Shown here piece after piece: positions 42,084 through 54,502 of a stretch of DNA of 64,000 nucleotides. The stretch covers positions 5,440,001 through 5,504,000 of the forward strand of contig OZ242214.1 in NCBI GenBank assembly GCA_965206595.1, given 5' to 3'. Under the pieces are notes generated by a model. It saw only the letters and a program-made list of their open reading frames with translations, did no database searches and was not told where the DNA came from. Position numbers and translations under genes: made by a program. The stretch's first letter is position 1. Each line of letters begins with the position of its first letter. This DNA comes from Candidatus Latescibacterota bacterium (GTDB lineage Bacteria; Latescibacterota; UBA2968; UBA8231).

Positions 42084-42613
42084 GAGCGGCGTCCCATCGC
42101 TGCAACAGTAGGCAAATCCTCCCTGGCGGCAACGGCTGGCGGGCGCTTCGGGAGGGATTTGCCCGGAACCAGGGCGGATAGAATTCAGTATCGCTGAATG
42201 ACTATCGCAGTCTTTTCGTTGCCCCCGGGGAGAATCCGGGAACGGGCCCGCATACCTGGAGCTGCCACCGAGGGGACATGGAGGGGTGGCATCGTGTGAT
42301 TTACATCTTTCTCCCCGCACTCGACACGATGAATGAAGAAAAGTGCAAGCTGCAAGCCTGGCCGCAGAAAAACATGCGAGAAGGGTTTCTGGATGGCAGT
42401 GGGAATACCGTGGTCGAACAGGGTGGGAACCGGTGCGGAAAAACCCGCTTTGCGGCCTTGATGAGTCACTGCCGGTATCCTACCATCGATAGTTCCCGAT
42501 CGTCCTGAGCGGGGCCTTCGACTCCCTCACTTCCGCACACCATTGAACTCCGGCAGCATGTCTCCCTTCCGCACCGCTGCGTTCATCCGGCCCGCCTCGC
42601 GGCTCCTGCAGGA

Positions 42614-43852
42614 ATGTCCCTCAAGCTGATCCGGCAGGCCCTGAACCGGGGCCGGCCGGCGGGGCGCATGTGGCGGTCCTGCGACCTCGAGCACCGCTAC
42701 GACGTCGTCATCATCGGCGGCGGCGCCCACGGTCTGGCCTGTGCCTACTACCTGGCCAAGGAGCACGGGATCACCGACGTCGCGGTGCTGGAGAAGGGCT
42801 ACATCGGCTCCGGCGGCAGCGGCCGCAACACCGCCATCATCCGCTCGAACTACCTGACCTCGGAAGGGGTGCGCTTCTACGACCGGAGTGTGAAGCTGTA
42901 CGAGAAGCTGTCGGTGGAGCTCGATTTCAACGTCATGTTCTCGCAGCGCGGCCACCTGACCCTCGCCCACAACGACGGCTCGGTGCGGACGATGCGGCGG
43001 CGGGCCGAGGTCAACCGCCTCGAGGGGGTCGACTCCCGTCTCGTCTGGCCGGACGAGCTCGCCAGGCTCTGCCCCCAGCTCGATCTCAGCGACCATCCGC
43101 GCTTCCCGATACTCGCCGCCCTCTACCATCCGCCGGGCGGCATCATACGCCACGACGCCGTGGTCTGGGGGTTCGCCCACCAGGCCGACAGGCGCGGCGT
43201 GCACATTCACCAGCAGACCGAGGTGACCGGCATCGAGGTGCGCGGGGGAGCGGTCGCCGGGGTGCACACCAACCGCGGTTTCGTCGAGGCGGAAACGGTG
43301 CTCAACGCCACCGCGGGCTGGGGCTCCAACATCGCCCGCATGGTCGGGCTCGAGCTGCCGATGGAGACCTTCCCCCTGCAGGCCTGCGTGACCGAGCCGC
43401 TGAAACCGTTTCTCGACGTCGTCGTCGTCTCCGGGAGCCTGCACGTGTACGTCAGCCAGTCCGACCGCGGCGAGCTGGTGATGGGGGCCAGCATCGACCC
43501 GTTCACCTCCTACTCCCTCGACTCCTCCCTCGATTTCCTCGAGGGGATCGCCGGCCATGTGCTGGAGCTGTTCCCGTTCCTCGGCGACGTCAAGATTCTG
43601 CGCCAGTGGGCGGGGCTGTGCGAGATGCCGCCCGACTTCAGCCCCCTGATGGGGATCACCCCGGTCGGCGGCTTTCTCCTCGACGTCGGCTGGGGGAGCT
43701 ACGGCTTCAAGGCCTCCCCGATCTGCGGCAGGACCATGGCAGAGCTGATCGCGACGAAGCGCACCCCGGAGCTGATCGCGGCGTTCCGGCTGTCCCGCTT
43801 CGCCGAGTTCGACCAGGTCAGCGAGAAAGGGGCGGCCGCGGTAGGCCATTGA
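42614..43852 (+). CDS. Sarcosine-oxidase-beta-like FAD subunit (probable N-methylglutamate dehydrogenase MgdA)
   Basis: DVVIIGGGAHGLACAYYLAKEHGI, GGSGRNTAIIRSNY, FSQRGHL, LQACVTEPLKP, GWGSYGFK. Confidence 0.9.
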   Translation: MSLKLIRQALNRGRPAGRMWRSCDLEHRYDVVIIGGGAHGLACAYYLAKEHGITDVAVLEKGYIGSGGSGRNTAIIRSNYLTSEGVRFYDRSVKLYEKLSVELDFNVMFSQRGHLTLAHNDGSVRTMRRRAEVNRLEGVDSRLVWPDELARLCPQLDLSDHPRFPILAALYHPPGGIIRHDAVVWGFAHQADRRGVHIHQQTEVTGIEVRGGAVAGVHTNRGFVEAETVLNATAGWGSNIARMVGLELPMETFPLQACVTEPLKPFLDVVVVSGSLHVYVSQSDRGELVMGASIDPFTSYSLDSSLDFLEGIAGHVLELFPFLGDVKILRQWAGLCEMPPDFSPLMGITPVGGFLLDVGWGSYGFKASPICGRTMAELIATKRTPELIAAFRLSRFAEFDQVSEKGAAAVGH

Positions 43853-43856
43853 CGCG

Positions 43857-44132
43857 ATGCTGCTGATCCCCTGTCCCAACTGCGGCGAGCGCAACGCCAG
43901 CGAGTTCCGCTACGGCGGCGAGAGCCGCCAGCGCCCGTCCCGGCCCGAGGAGATCCCCGAGGATGAGTGGATCCGCTATCTCTATCTGCGCGCCAACCCC
44001 CTGGGTCCGCAGACCGAGTGGTGGCTGCACGCGTCCGGGTGCGGCCTGTGGTTCCTCCTCGAGCGCGACCGCCAGAGCAACGAGGTGATCCGTGCCTGGG
44101 AATGGCAGCCTTCGGAGGGTGAGGATGGCTGA
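43857..44132 (+). CDS. Sarcosine-oxidase delta-like subunit
   Basis: MLLIPCPNCGER..SEF.YGGE, YLYLRANPLG, EWWLH..GC..WF. Confidence 0.92.
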   Translation: MLLIPCPNCGERNASEFRYGGESRQRPSRPEEIPEDEWIRYLYLRANPLGPQTEWWLHASGCGLWFLLERDRQSNEVIRAWEWQPSEGEDG

Positions 44133-47127
44133 TCCCCTGCCCACCGGCGGCTGGCCCCTGCGGCAGCCGGAGGCCCGTTCCGGCGAGGTGATTGACCGTT
44201 CCGGGCTGGTCGAGTTCACCTTCGACGGGGTGAACTACCGCGCCCATCCCGGCGACACCATCGGCTCGGCGCTGGCCGCCGCGGGGGTGAAGACGCTCAG
44301 CCGCTCGTTCAAGTACCACCGCCCACGCGGCCTGCTCTGCTGCGCCGGCCACTGCCCGAACTGCCTGGTGCAGATCGCCGGCGAGCCCAACGTGCGCGCC
44401 TGCCGGCGGCCGGTCGAGGCGGGAATGGAGGTGCGCTCCCAGAACGCCTGGCCCTCGCTCGACCGCGACCTCATGTCACTCGCCGCGTTCGCGGCGCCCC
44501 TCATGCCGGCCGGGTTCTACTACAAGACCTTCATCAGGCCGGCGTGGATGTGGCCGCTCTACGAGCGGGTGCTGCGCAACGCCGCCGGGCTCGGTACGGC
44601 GGACACGGAGGCGGAGCCCGGAGAGAGCGACAAGCAGTACCTGCACACCGACGTCGCGGTAGTCGGCGCCGGTCCCGCGGGAATCGCCGCGGCGGCGGCC
44701 GCCGCCGCGGAGGGGGCGCGGGTGTTGCTGTTCGACGAGAACCCCGAAGCGGGCGGGCACCTGCGCTACCGCCGCGGGGGAGTGCCCGGCGACGGTGCGG
44801 TGCGGACCGCGCTTTTGGAGCTCGAGCGCGCCGAAAATGCCGCCCTCCACCTCGACACCGCGGTCGTCGGCTGGTACCAGGACAACTGGCTGGCGGCCTT
44901 CCGGGGAAACCGCCTGCTGAAGATCCGCGCCCGCGCCATCGTCGTCGCCGCCGGCGCGGTGGAATCTCCGCCGGTTTTCGCCAACAACGACCTCCCCGGC
45001 ATCCTGCTCGCCGCCGGCGCACAGCGGCTGCTGCATCTGCACGGGGTGCTTCCCGGCAGGCGGACCGTCGTCGAGGCGGGGGACGACGAGGGCTGGCGGC
45101 TGGCCGCGGAGCTGCGCGCGGCCGGCGTCGAGATCGCCGCCCTCGTCGACGAGAGGGAGGCCGTGGCCAACGAGTTCGAGTCGGCCCTGCGGGCCGCGGG
45201 GGTCGCCGTTCACCTCGGCAGCCGGATCACCGGGGCGCGCGGCCGCGGATCGGTGCAGGCCGCCCTGGTTGGGCCGGCCGCGGCCGCGGCAGCCGGAGCC
45301 GGGGCGGTTGAAGCAGCCGCCGGGCCAGCCGAAGCAGCCGATCCGGTCGCTTCCGGAGCTGCCCAAGGGGCCGCCACCGGGGACGGCCCGACGATCGCAG
45401 TGGCCTGCGATTCCATCCTTCTCAGGGGCCGCGCCGCCCCTGCCAACGAACTGCTGTTCATGGCCGGTGCCCGCGGCCGTTTCGACGACGAGGCGGGGGA
45501 ATTTCGCCTCGGAGAGCTGTCCGCCGGCCTCTTCAACGCCGGCCGCTGCCGCGGGGTCGAGGGCGCCGAAGCCCAGGTCGCGGACGGGGCCGCCGCGGGA
45601 CGGGCGGCCGCGGCATATGCCCGCACTCCTGAAGGCGCCGGTTCGCCGCCCTGGCAGGGGTCGGCAACGCCGCCCCCGACAGCTCCCGCAAAGACTCCGG
45701 CCCCGCTGCCTCCCTGCGCCGGCAAGCGCTTCGTCTGCCTGTGCGAGGACGTCACCGACGAAGACGTCGCCACCGCTATCGCCGAAGGCTACGACAGCGT
45801 CGAGTTGCTGAAGCGCTACACCACCGTGTCGATGGGCCCCTGCCAGGGGAAGATGTGCGCCCTCAACAGTCTCGAGCAGGCCGGGCGGGAGCTCGGCCGT
45901 GCCGTCGCCGATCTAGGCAGGACGACCTCGCGGCCGCCGGTGGTCCCGGTGTCCCTCGGCGCTCTCGCCGGGCAGCGGATGGAGCCGGTGCAGGTGTCGC
46001 CGCTGCACGAGTGGCATCTCGACAACGGCGCCCGAATGATGGTGGCCGGGCTGTGGCTGCGTCCCGAGCAGTACGGAGACCCGGTGGAGGAGGTGCGCGC
46101 CGTGCGGGAGCGCGCCGGACTCATCGACGTCAGTCCGCTCGGCAAGCTGCAGCTCTCCGGCCCCGGGGTGCCCGGGCTTCTCGACCGGCTCTACGTCAAC
46201 CAGTGGCGGGACCTGCGCCGTGGCCGGGTGCGCTACGGCATCATGTGCAACGACGAGGGGGTCGTCATCGACGACGGGGTCTGCGCCCGCCTCTCCGAGG
46301 AGGAGTGGTACATGAGCACGACCTCGGCCGGGGCGGGAAACGTGCTGGAGTGGATCGAGTGGTGGCGCCAGTCCGGGTGGGGAGAAGGGGTGCAGGTCGC
46401 CGACTTGACCGAAACCAACGCCGCCTTCAATCTTGCCGGTCCGCGCTCGCGGGAGCTGCTTTCCCGGCTCACCGAACGCGACCTCCGCAACGACAGATTT
46501 CCCTACATGCGGGGGCGCCGCGCCGAGGTAGCCGGGGTGCCCTGCCTGCTGTTGCGCATCGGCTTCACCGGGGAGCTGTCGTACGAGATTCACTGTCCTG
46601 CGGGGTTTGCGCGCTACCTGTGGGAACGGCTCCTGGAACAAGGGAAAGAGCTCGGCATCCGGCCCTTCGGCGTCGAGGCCCAGCGCGTCCTGCGTCTCGA
46701 AAAGGGGCACCTCATCGTCGGCCAGGATACCGATGCCCTGTCGGACCCGATCGCCGCGGACGCCGGCTGGGCGGTCAAGCTGGAGAAGCCGGATTTCCTC
46801 GGAAAGCGGGCCTTGGCGCGGGTCGCCGCGGAGGGACCGCGGCAACGGCTCACCGGCTTCGTGATGAAGGAGCGCAACCCCGTGCCGGAAGAAGGGATGC
46901 AGATCGTCGAGAGCAACGGCCGCGGCCGTCCGGAGATCATCGGCTGGGTGACCTCCTGCCGCGTCAGCCCCACCCTCGGGGATACCATCGGCCTCTGCTG
47001 GCTGCCGGCGGCGCTTGCCGCCCGCGAGGGGGAGACGTTCAGCATCGACTGCGGCGGCAGGCTGGCGGAAGCCCGCGTCCACCACGGCTCGTTCTACGAC
47101 CCGGCCGGCGAGCGGCTGAGGAGCTGA
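44125..47127 (+). CDS. Sarcosine-oxidase alpha-like subunit
   Basis: SRSFKYHRPRG, C-rich CCAGHCPNC, FYYKTF, CLCEDVT, KRYTT..MGPCQGK, GcvT-like C-terminus (RIGFTGELSYE, LRLEKG). Confidence 0.92.
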   Translation: MADPLPTGGWPLRQPEARSGEVIDRSGLVEFTFDGVNYRAHPGDTIGSALAAAGVKTLSRSFKYHRPRGLLCCAGHCPNCLVQIAGEPNVRACRRPVEAGMEVRSQNAWPSLDRDLMSLAAFAAPLMPAGFYYKTFIRPAWMWPLYERVLRNAAGLGTADTEAEPGESDKQYLHTDVAVVGAGPAGIAAAAAAAAEGARVLLFDENPEAGGHLRYRRGGVPGDGAVRTALLELERAENAALHLDTAVVGWYQDNWLAAFRGNRLLKIRARAIVVAAGAVESPPVFANNDLPGILLAAGAQRLLHLHGVLPGRRTVVEAGDDEGWRLAAELRAAGVEIAALVDEREAVANEFESALRAAGVAVHLGSRITGARGRGSVQAALVGPAAAAAAGAGAVEAAAGPAEAADPVASGAAQGAATGDGPTIAVACDSILLRGRAAPANELLFMAGARGRFDDEAGEFRLGELSAGLFNAGRCRGVEGAEAQVADGAAAGRAAAAYARTPEGAGSPPWQGSATPPPTAPAKTPAPLPPCAGKRFVCLCEDVTDEDVATAIAEGYDSVELLKRYTTVSMGPCQGKMCALNSLEQAGRELGRAVADLGRTTSRPPVVPVSLGALAGQRMEPVQVSPLHEWHLDNGARMMVAGLWLRPEQYGDPVEEVRAVRERAGLIDVSPLGKLQLSGPGVPGLLDRLYVNQWRDLRRGRVRYGIMCNDEGVVIDDGVCARLSEEEWYMSTTSAGAGNVLEWIEWWRQSGWGEGVQVADLTETNAAFNLAGPRSRELLSRLTERDLRNDRFPYMRGRRAEVAGVPCLLLRIGFTGELSYEIHCPAGFARYLWERLLEQGKELGIRPFGVEAQRVLRLEKGHLIVGQDTDALSDPIAADAGWAVKLEKPDFLGKRALARVAAEGPRQRLTGFVMKERNPVPEEGMQIVESNGRGRPEIIGWVTSCRVSPTLGDTIGLCWLPAALAAREGETFSIDCGGRLAEARVHHGSFYDPAGERLRS

Positions 47128-47129
47128 TC

Positions 47130-47819
47130 ATGGCCGCAACCGCCCTTTTACCCCTGCATTCCCGCCTGCAGTCGCTCGACGCGGAATTCGCCGAGCGCGA
47201 CGGCTGGCAGGTGGCCGAGCGCTTCCCGGAAGCGGCGCCGGATACCGCCGCCCTGGGGGTGGCGATCGCCGACGAGTCGGCCAACGGCAAGCTCCAGGTT
47301 CAGGGTGAGGACGCCGAAGGATTGGTTCGCAGCGCCTTTGAGACCCCGGCGCCTGCGGTGGGGAAGAGCGCATCCATCGAGGCCTTGGGGCCGGGCCGCG
47401 TCTGCCGCCTGCGCCGCGACCTGTTCTTCATCGGCAGCGCCCCCGCGGCGGCCGCGACGGCGCTGGATCGCCTGCGGGAACTGCGTGTCGCGGAAAAAGC
47501 AGGGGCGGCGCTGACCGATCTCACCCACGGCCGCAGCGAGCTGCGCCTGGTGGGACCGGCCGCCCCGGAGCTGTTGTCCAAGGTCTGCGGGCTCGACTTC
47601 GACCCGGGGCGCTTCCTCGACGGCGACGCCCGCCAGGGCAGTGTCGCCAAAACGAGGCAGCTGATCGTTCGCGGCGACATCGGCGGCCTGCCCTCGTACT
47701 CCCTGATCGGAGGGAGGTCCCTCGGCCCCTACCTCTGGGACACGCTGATGCAGGCGGGGGCGGAGTTCGCGCTAGCACCCCTCGGCCTGCGGGACTTGCA
47801 GGCGCTGAGCCCGCTTTGA
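47130..47819 (+). CDS. Sarcosine-oxidase gamma-like subunit
   Basis: ATG 2 nt after the alpha stop; LTDLTHG..ELRLVGPAA.ELLSKVCGLDF, RSLGPYLWDTL. Confidence 0.85.
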   Translation: MAATALLPLHSRLQSLDAEFAERDGWQVAERFPEAAPDTAALGVAIADESANGKLQVQGEDAEGLVRSAFETPAPAVGKSASIEALGPGRVCRLRRDLFFIGSAPAAAATALDRLRELRVAEKAGAALTDLTHGRSELRLVGPAAPELLSKVCGLDFDPGRFLDGDARQGSVAKTRQLIVRGDIGGLPSYSLIGGRSLGPYLWDTLMQAGAEFALAPLGLRDLQALSPL

Positions 47820-47936
47820 CCGGCGAGGTCCTGGATGCGGGAGCAAGGGGGGGGGCCGCGGCGCAAATGGACTTTGTCGCGGGAACCTGGAGACGCACAA
47901 GTTTAAATCATCAAAAAACAAACATGGGAGATCGTC

Positions 47937-49271
47937 ATGACCGTTGATGAAGTGCGCGCACTGACAGCCGACAGGGGGATCGAGTTCTTCCTCTGTTCCT
48001 TCGTCGAGATGGGCGGAGCCCCCAAGGCGAAGCTCGTGCCGGTTTCCAACCTTGACGAGATGGCCTCGGAAGGGGCGGGGTTCGCCGGCTTCGCGGTCGG
48101 CAACATGAACCAGGGCCCGCACAGCCCGGAGATGGCCAACATCCCCGACTTCGACTCGCTGACCGTGCTGCCCTGGCGCCGGGAGATGGCCTGGGTCGCC
48201 GGCAACATCCAGGTCGAAGGGGAGCCGTACGACTACTGCCCGCGCACGATTCTGCAGCGCCAGCTCGAGCGCGCCCGCGAGCGCGGGCTGCTGTTCAACG
48301 TCGGCGTCGAGGCGGAGTTCCTGCTGCTGGCGCGGGACGAGGACGGCACCTGCCGCCCGTACGATCCCCTCGACGTGCTCGACAAGCCCTGCTACGACCT
48401 GATGACCCTGAACCGCAACTTCGACTTCATGACCACCCTGATCCGCCACCTGCAGGAGCTGGGCTGGGGGCCGTACGCGAACGACCACGAGGACGCCAAC
48501 TGCCAGTTCGAGATCAACTGGGAGTACGCGACGGCGATGGAAACCGCCGACCGCCACATCTTCTACCGCTGGATGGTCAAGGTGCTCGCCGAGGAGCAGG
48601 GCTTGCTGGCGACCTTCATGCCCAAGCCCTTCTCCCACCTGACCGGCTCGGGCGCCCATTACCACATGAGTCTCTGGGACCTCGACAACAGCACCAACCT
48701 GTTCGAGGACCTGAACGACCGGGCCGGCCTGTCGCAGATGGCCTACCACTTCATGGGCGGCATCCTCGCCCATGCCCGCGCCCTGGCCGCGGTCGGCGCT
48801 CCCCTGGTCAACAGCTACAAGCGGCTGGTGCGCAACCACCCGCGCTCGGGCGCCTCCTGGGCCCCGGTCTACGTCACCTACGGCGGCTCCAACCGCACCC
48901 AGATGATCCGCATACCCGGACCGGGGCGCATCGAGAACCGCTTCGTCGACGGCGCCGCCAACCCCTACCTCGCCTGCGCCGCGATGCTGGCGGCCGGGCT
49001 CGACGGCATCGACAACGGAACCGACCCGGGGGAGCGCAACGAGGACAACCTCTACGAGGTTCCTGAGGCGGAGCTGCGGGAACGGGGCATCGATTTCCTG
49101 CCCGCGACCTTGAGCGAGGCCTGCGACTGCCTCGAGCAGGACGACGTCGTCAGGCAGGCGCTCGGCACGGACTACGCCGACTACTACATCGAGTGCAAGC
49201 GGGAGGAGTGGCGGGAGTACCACGACTTCGTCAGCCAGTGGGAACGCGACCGCTACCTGCCGGTGCACTGA
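47937..49271 (+). CDS. gmaS: Glutamine-synthetase-like (GlnT type), probable gamma-glutamylmethylamide synthetase
   Basis: [61 protein letters not shown]; adjacent to the sox-like operon. Confidence 0.78.
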   Translation: MTVDEVRALTADRGIEFFLCSFVEMGGAPKAKLVPVSNLDEMASEGAGFAGFAVGNMNQGPHSPEMANIPDFDSLTVLPWRREMAWVAGNIQVEGEPYDYCPRTILQRQLERARERGLLFNVGVEAEFLLLARDEDGTCRPYDPLDVLDKPCYDLMTLNRNFDFMTTLIRHLQELGWGPYANDHEDANCQFEINWEYATAMETADRHIFYRWMVKVLAEEQGLLATFMPKPFSHLTGSGAHYHMSLWDLDNSTNLFEDLNDRAGLSQMAYHFMGGILAHARALAAVGAPLVNSYKRLVRNHPRSGASWAPVYVTYGGSNRTQMIRIPGPGRIENRFVDGAANPYLACAAMLAAGLDGIDNGTDPGERNEDNLYEVPEAELRERGIDFLPATLSEACDCLEQDDVVRQALGTDYADYYIECKREEWREYHDFVSQWERDRYLPVH

Positions 49272-49323
49272 AGCGGCCGGCGGCGTTTCCGCGGCTTTTC
49301 GGCCGCGGCGAGGGAGGACCACC

Positions 49324-52008
<2,685 letters not shown>

Positions 52009-52079
52009 CCCCCGGCATCGGCCTTCGCCGTAACCGGCCCCGAGGGGTCACCCGCTTCCATGTCGGGAAGGAGCAACCC

Positions 52080-53147
52080 ATGCAGCGGGAAAGACTCGAA
52101 GAAGCAGAGTCGCTCTATCGTGGCCTGTTCGAGGAATCGCACGACGCCCTTCTCATCACCGAGCGGGACGGGACCATCGTCGCCGCCAACGCCGCGGCCG
52201 CTGCCCTGTTCGGCTATGAGGGCGCCGAGCTGACCGGCTTCGACATCCGCAGGCTCTACCTGAATCCCGACGACCGCGCGCGCTTCCAGGAAGCGATCGA
52301 GGGCGCCGGGTTCGTGCGCGACTTCGAGGTCGCCTTCCGCGCCCGCGACGGCCGCCGCCTCGACTGCCTGTTGACGACTGCGGTCCGGCGAGGCGCGGAC
52401 GGCACCGTAACCGGCTACCAGGGCATCATCCACGACGTCACCGAACGCCGGCGCATGGAGAAGCGGCTGCGCGATTACCAACGCAGGCTGCGCTCGCTCA
52501 CGCTCGAGCTCTCCATGAACGCGGAACGGGAGCGGGCGCGCATCGCCGCAGGCCTCCACGACGGCGTCCTGCAGCAGGTGGTGGCGGCGCAATTCAAGCT
52601 CAAGGCACTGCAGCGCAGCGGGGACCGCGAGGAAGGCCTGATCGCCGACCTGCGGGACCTGCTCGATCAGATGGCTCACGACCTCCGCTCCATGACCTTC
52701 GACCTCAGTCCCCCGGTGCTCCGCAGGCTCGGCCTGGTACCCGGCCTGCAGTGGCTCGGCGAACAGATCGAGGACCTGCACGGGCTGGCGGTGGACCTGG
52801 CGGCCGAAGGGGACTGCGCGGTTCCCGACCCCGACATGCGTGCGCTTGCGTTCCGGTGCATCCGCGAGCTGCTCCGCAATGTGGCGAGGCACGCCGATAC
52901 GGACCGGGCGCGCGTCTTCCTGCGTGGCGACGAGACGCATCTGCAGGTGGCGGTAGAGGATGAGGGGGAGGGCTTCGACAGCGGACACGATTTCGCCGCA
53001 GGCAGCCACTTCGGCCTGTTCAGCATAAGGGAACGGGTGACCCTTGTCGGCGGCTGTTTCAAAATCGAGGCGGCGCCGGGGAAAGGGACGCGCTGTCTGC
53101 TGGCGATCCCGTTCTCCCCGTCCAGACAGGAGGACGGTGCTCAATGA
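52080..53147 (+). CDS. Cytoplasmic PAS-domain histidine kinase (HisKA_3 type)
   Basis: RBS AGGAG; PAS (YRGLFEES...GIIHDVTERR), ERARIAAGLHD, ELLRNVARHA, DEGEGF, FGLFSIRER; no TM segment. Confidence 0.92.
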   Translation: MQRERLEEAESLYRGLFEESHDALLITERDGTIVAANAAAAALFGYEGAELTGFDIRRLYLNPDDRARFQEAIEGAGFVRDFEVAFRARDGRRLDCLLTTAVRRGADGTVTGYQGIIHDVTERRRMEKRLRDYQRRLRSLTLELSMNAERERARIAAGLHDGVLQQVVAAQFKLKALQRSGDREEGLIADLRDLLDQMAHDLRSMTFDLSPPVLRRLGLVPGLQWLGEQIEDLHGLAVDLAAEGDCAVPDPDMRALAFRCIRELLRNVARHADTDRARVFLRGDETHLQVAVEDEGEGFDSGHDFAAGSHFGLFSIRERVTLVGGCFKIEAAPGKGTRCLLAIPFSPSRQEDGAQ

Positions 53148-53791
53148 CTGCGAAAGTTCTGTTGGTCGACGATCACAAGATCGTGCGCGAAGGGCTGCGT
53201 GCGCTGCTTGAAGGAGAAAGCGACCTCGAGGTGGTGGGGGAGGCCGGGGACGGCCTGGAGGCCATCGGCTTGGTCTCCGACCTCCGGCCCGACATCGTGG
53301 TCATGGACATCAGCATGCCCGGTCTGGACGGCGTCGAGGCGACGCGCCGGATACGGGCCGGGGAGCCGGACGTGAAGGTGGTGGCCCTGTCGGTCCACGG
53401 GGAGAAGCAGTTCGTGACCGGCATGTTGCGGGCGGGGGCCTCGGGTTACCTGCTGAAAACGGAGGCCGCCTACAACCTGGTGCAGGCCATCCGGACGGTA
53501 CGGGCAGGCGGCCGGTACGTAAGCCCGGAATTGATCGACCCCGGCGTTGAGGATTTCGTGCAGCAGCCCATCGACGAGGGGGAGCAGCCCGTACTGACTC
53601 CGCGCGAGCGAGAAGTGCTGCGACTCATCGCCGAAGGGAAGAAGAACCGTCAAATAGCCGGTGAACTGTATGTGAGCGAGAAAACCGTCGACAACCATCG
53701 CCAGCACATCATGCAGAAACTCAACCTGCACAACACGGCCGACCTCACCCGGTACGCCATCAGGGAGGGGATTTCGTTTCTCGATTCGTGA
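53144..53791 (+). CDS. NarL/LuxR-family response regulator
   Basis: VLLVDDH, VMDISMP, GYLLK, LTPREREVL...IAGELYVSEKTVDNHR. Confidence 0.95.
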   Translation: MTAKVLLVDDHKIVREGLRALLEGESDLEVVGEAGDGLEAIGLVSDLRPDIVVMDISMPGLDGVEATRRIRAGEPDVKVVALSVHGEKQFVTGMLRAGASGYLLKTEAAYNLVQAIRTVRAGGRYVSPELIDPGVEDFVQQPIDEGEQPVLTPREREVLRLIAEGKKNRQIAGELYVSEKTVDNHRQHIMQKLNLHNTADLTRYAIREGISFLDS

Positions 53792-53847
53792 GTTCCCGCC
53801 CAGCGAAGTTTTTTCCGGAAGCAAAAAAGACTCTGGAACCCGGAAAA

Positions 53848-53865
53848 ATGAGGAGTTTACCCCAT
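53848..53865. promoter_or_regulatory. Putative NarL/LuxR-type operator
   Basis: Imperfect palindrome ATGAGG-AGTTTA-CCCCAT ~50 nt upstream of the thioredoxin-like gene. Confidence 0.4.
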
Positions 53866-53917
53866 AGGACACCCCTGGATCCCTGGCTACCTTGGGTGGC
53901 GAAAGGATACTTGGGAT

Positions 53918-54490
53918 TTGAAATCCTTCGCACTCACACCAGTACTCAGAATGGTCGCGGCCATTGCGGTAGGAACGACCGCAGGCTACGGGATGTTGCA
54001 CCTGCATAAAGCTCCCCCGGTCAAGAAACCACCGCTCCAGGAAATAATGTTCCAAGAACAGGACGACGGGCTCAGTCACTTGGTGGGAAAGGATCTCGCC
54101 CCTTACTGGGGGGAGACACGCACCGCTGACCCAAGCTTTCAGGGGATACGTGACGGCGTTCTGCTGTTCGTCGACCCGGCGTGTGATGCATGCGATCCGG
54201 TGTACCCGGTGGCTCTTCAGGTTCAGGAGGAGTTGCCGGTCTTTCTCGCCGTCGATCATCCGCCGTCGGCGGATCTGGACAATTACCTCGCTTATTTTGG
54301 CGCCGGCGACCTGCCGGTACTGCACGAGACCCTGGAACTGCGTCGGGGGCTTCCTGTCGACTACTGGCCGACTGCCGTTCTGGTCCGAGACGGGCGAGTG
54401 GCAGCAGCTGGCAACGGCAGAGTCACGGTCAGCCATATACTCACCGAGGCGCTGCAGGATTCGGGCCGATCCCATGAACCCCTTAAATAA
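53918..54490 (+). CDS. Membrane-anchored thioredoxin-fold protein (CxxC)
   Basis: TTG start after AAGGA; N-terminal hydrophobic anchor; LLFVDPACDACDPVY and cis-Pro motif DYWPTAVLVRDG. Confidence 0.75.
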   Translation: MKSFALTPVLRMVAAIAVGTTAGYGMLHLHKAPPVKKPPLQEIMFQEQDDGLSHLVGKDLAPYWGETRTADPSFQGIRDGVLLFVDPACDACDPVYPVALQVQEELPVFLAVDHPPSADLDNYLAYFGAGDLPVLHETLELRRGLPVDYWPTAVLVRDGRVAAAGNGRVTVSHILTEALQDSGRSHEPLK

Positions 54491-54502
54491 GGAAAAGTCG
54501 TC

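Noticed and set aside
42421-42475. Cobalamin riboswitch (GGGAACCGGTG resemblance)
   Set aside because: It lacks the downstream conserved B12-box elements and there is no B12-related gene context
42185-42508. Short ORFs in the ubiD-sox intergenic region
   Set aside because: No family motifs or typical codon bias; more likely divergent promoter or leader DNA
45741-47129. Long N-terminal extensions of tracked ORFs (also 15581-17644, 30102-31976, 23403-24470, 26212-27909)
   Set aside because: Stop-poor alternative frames overlapping real genes in high-GC DNA; starts were trimmed to recognisable N-termini
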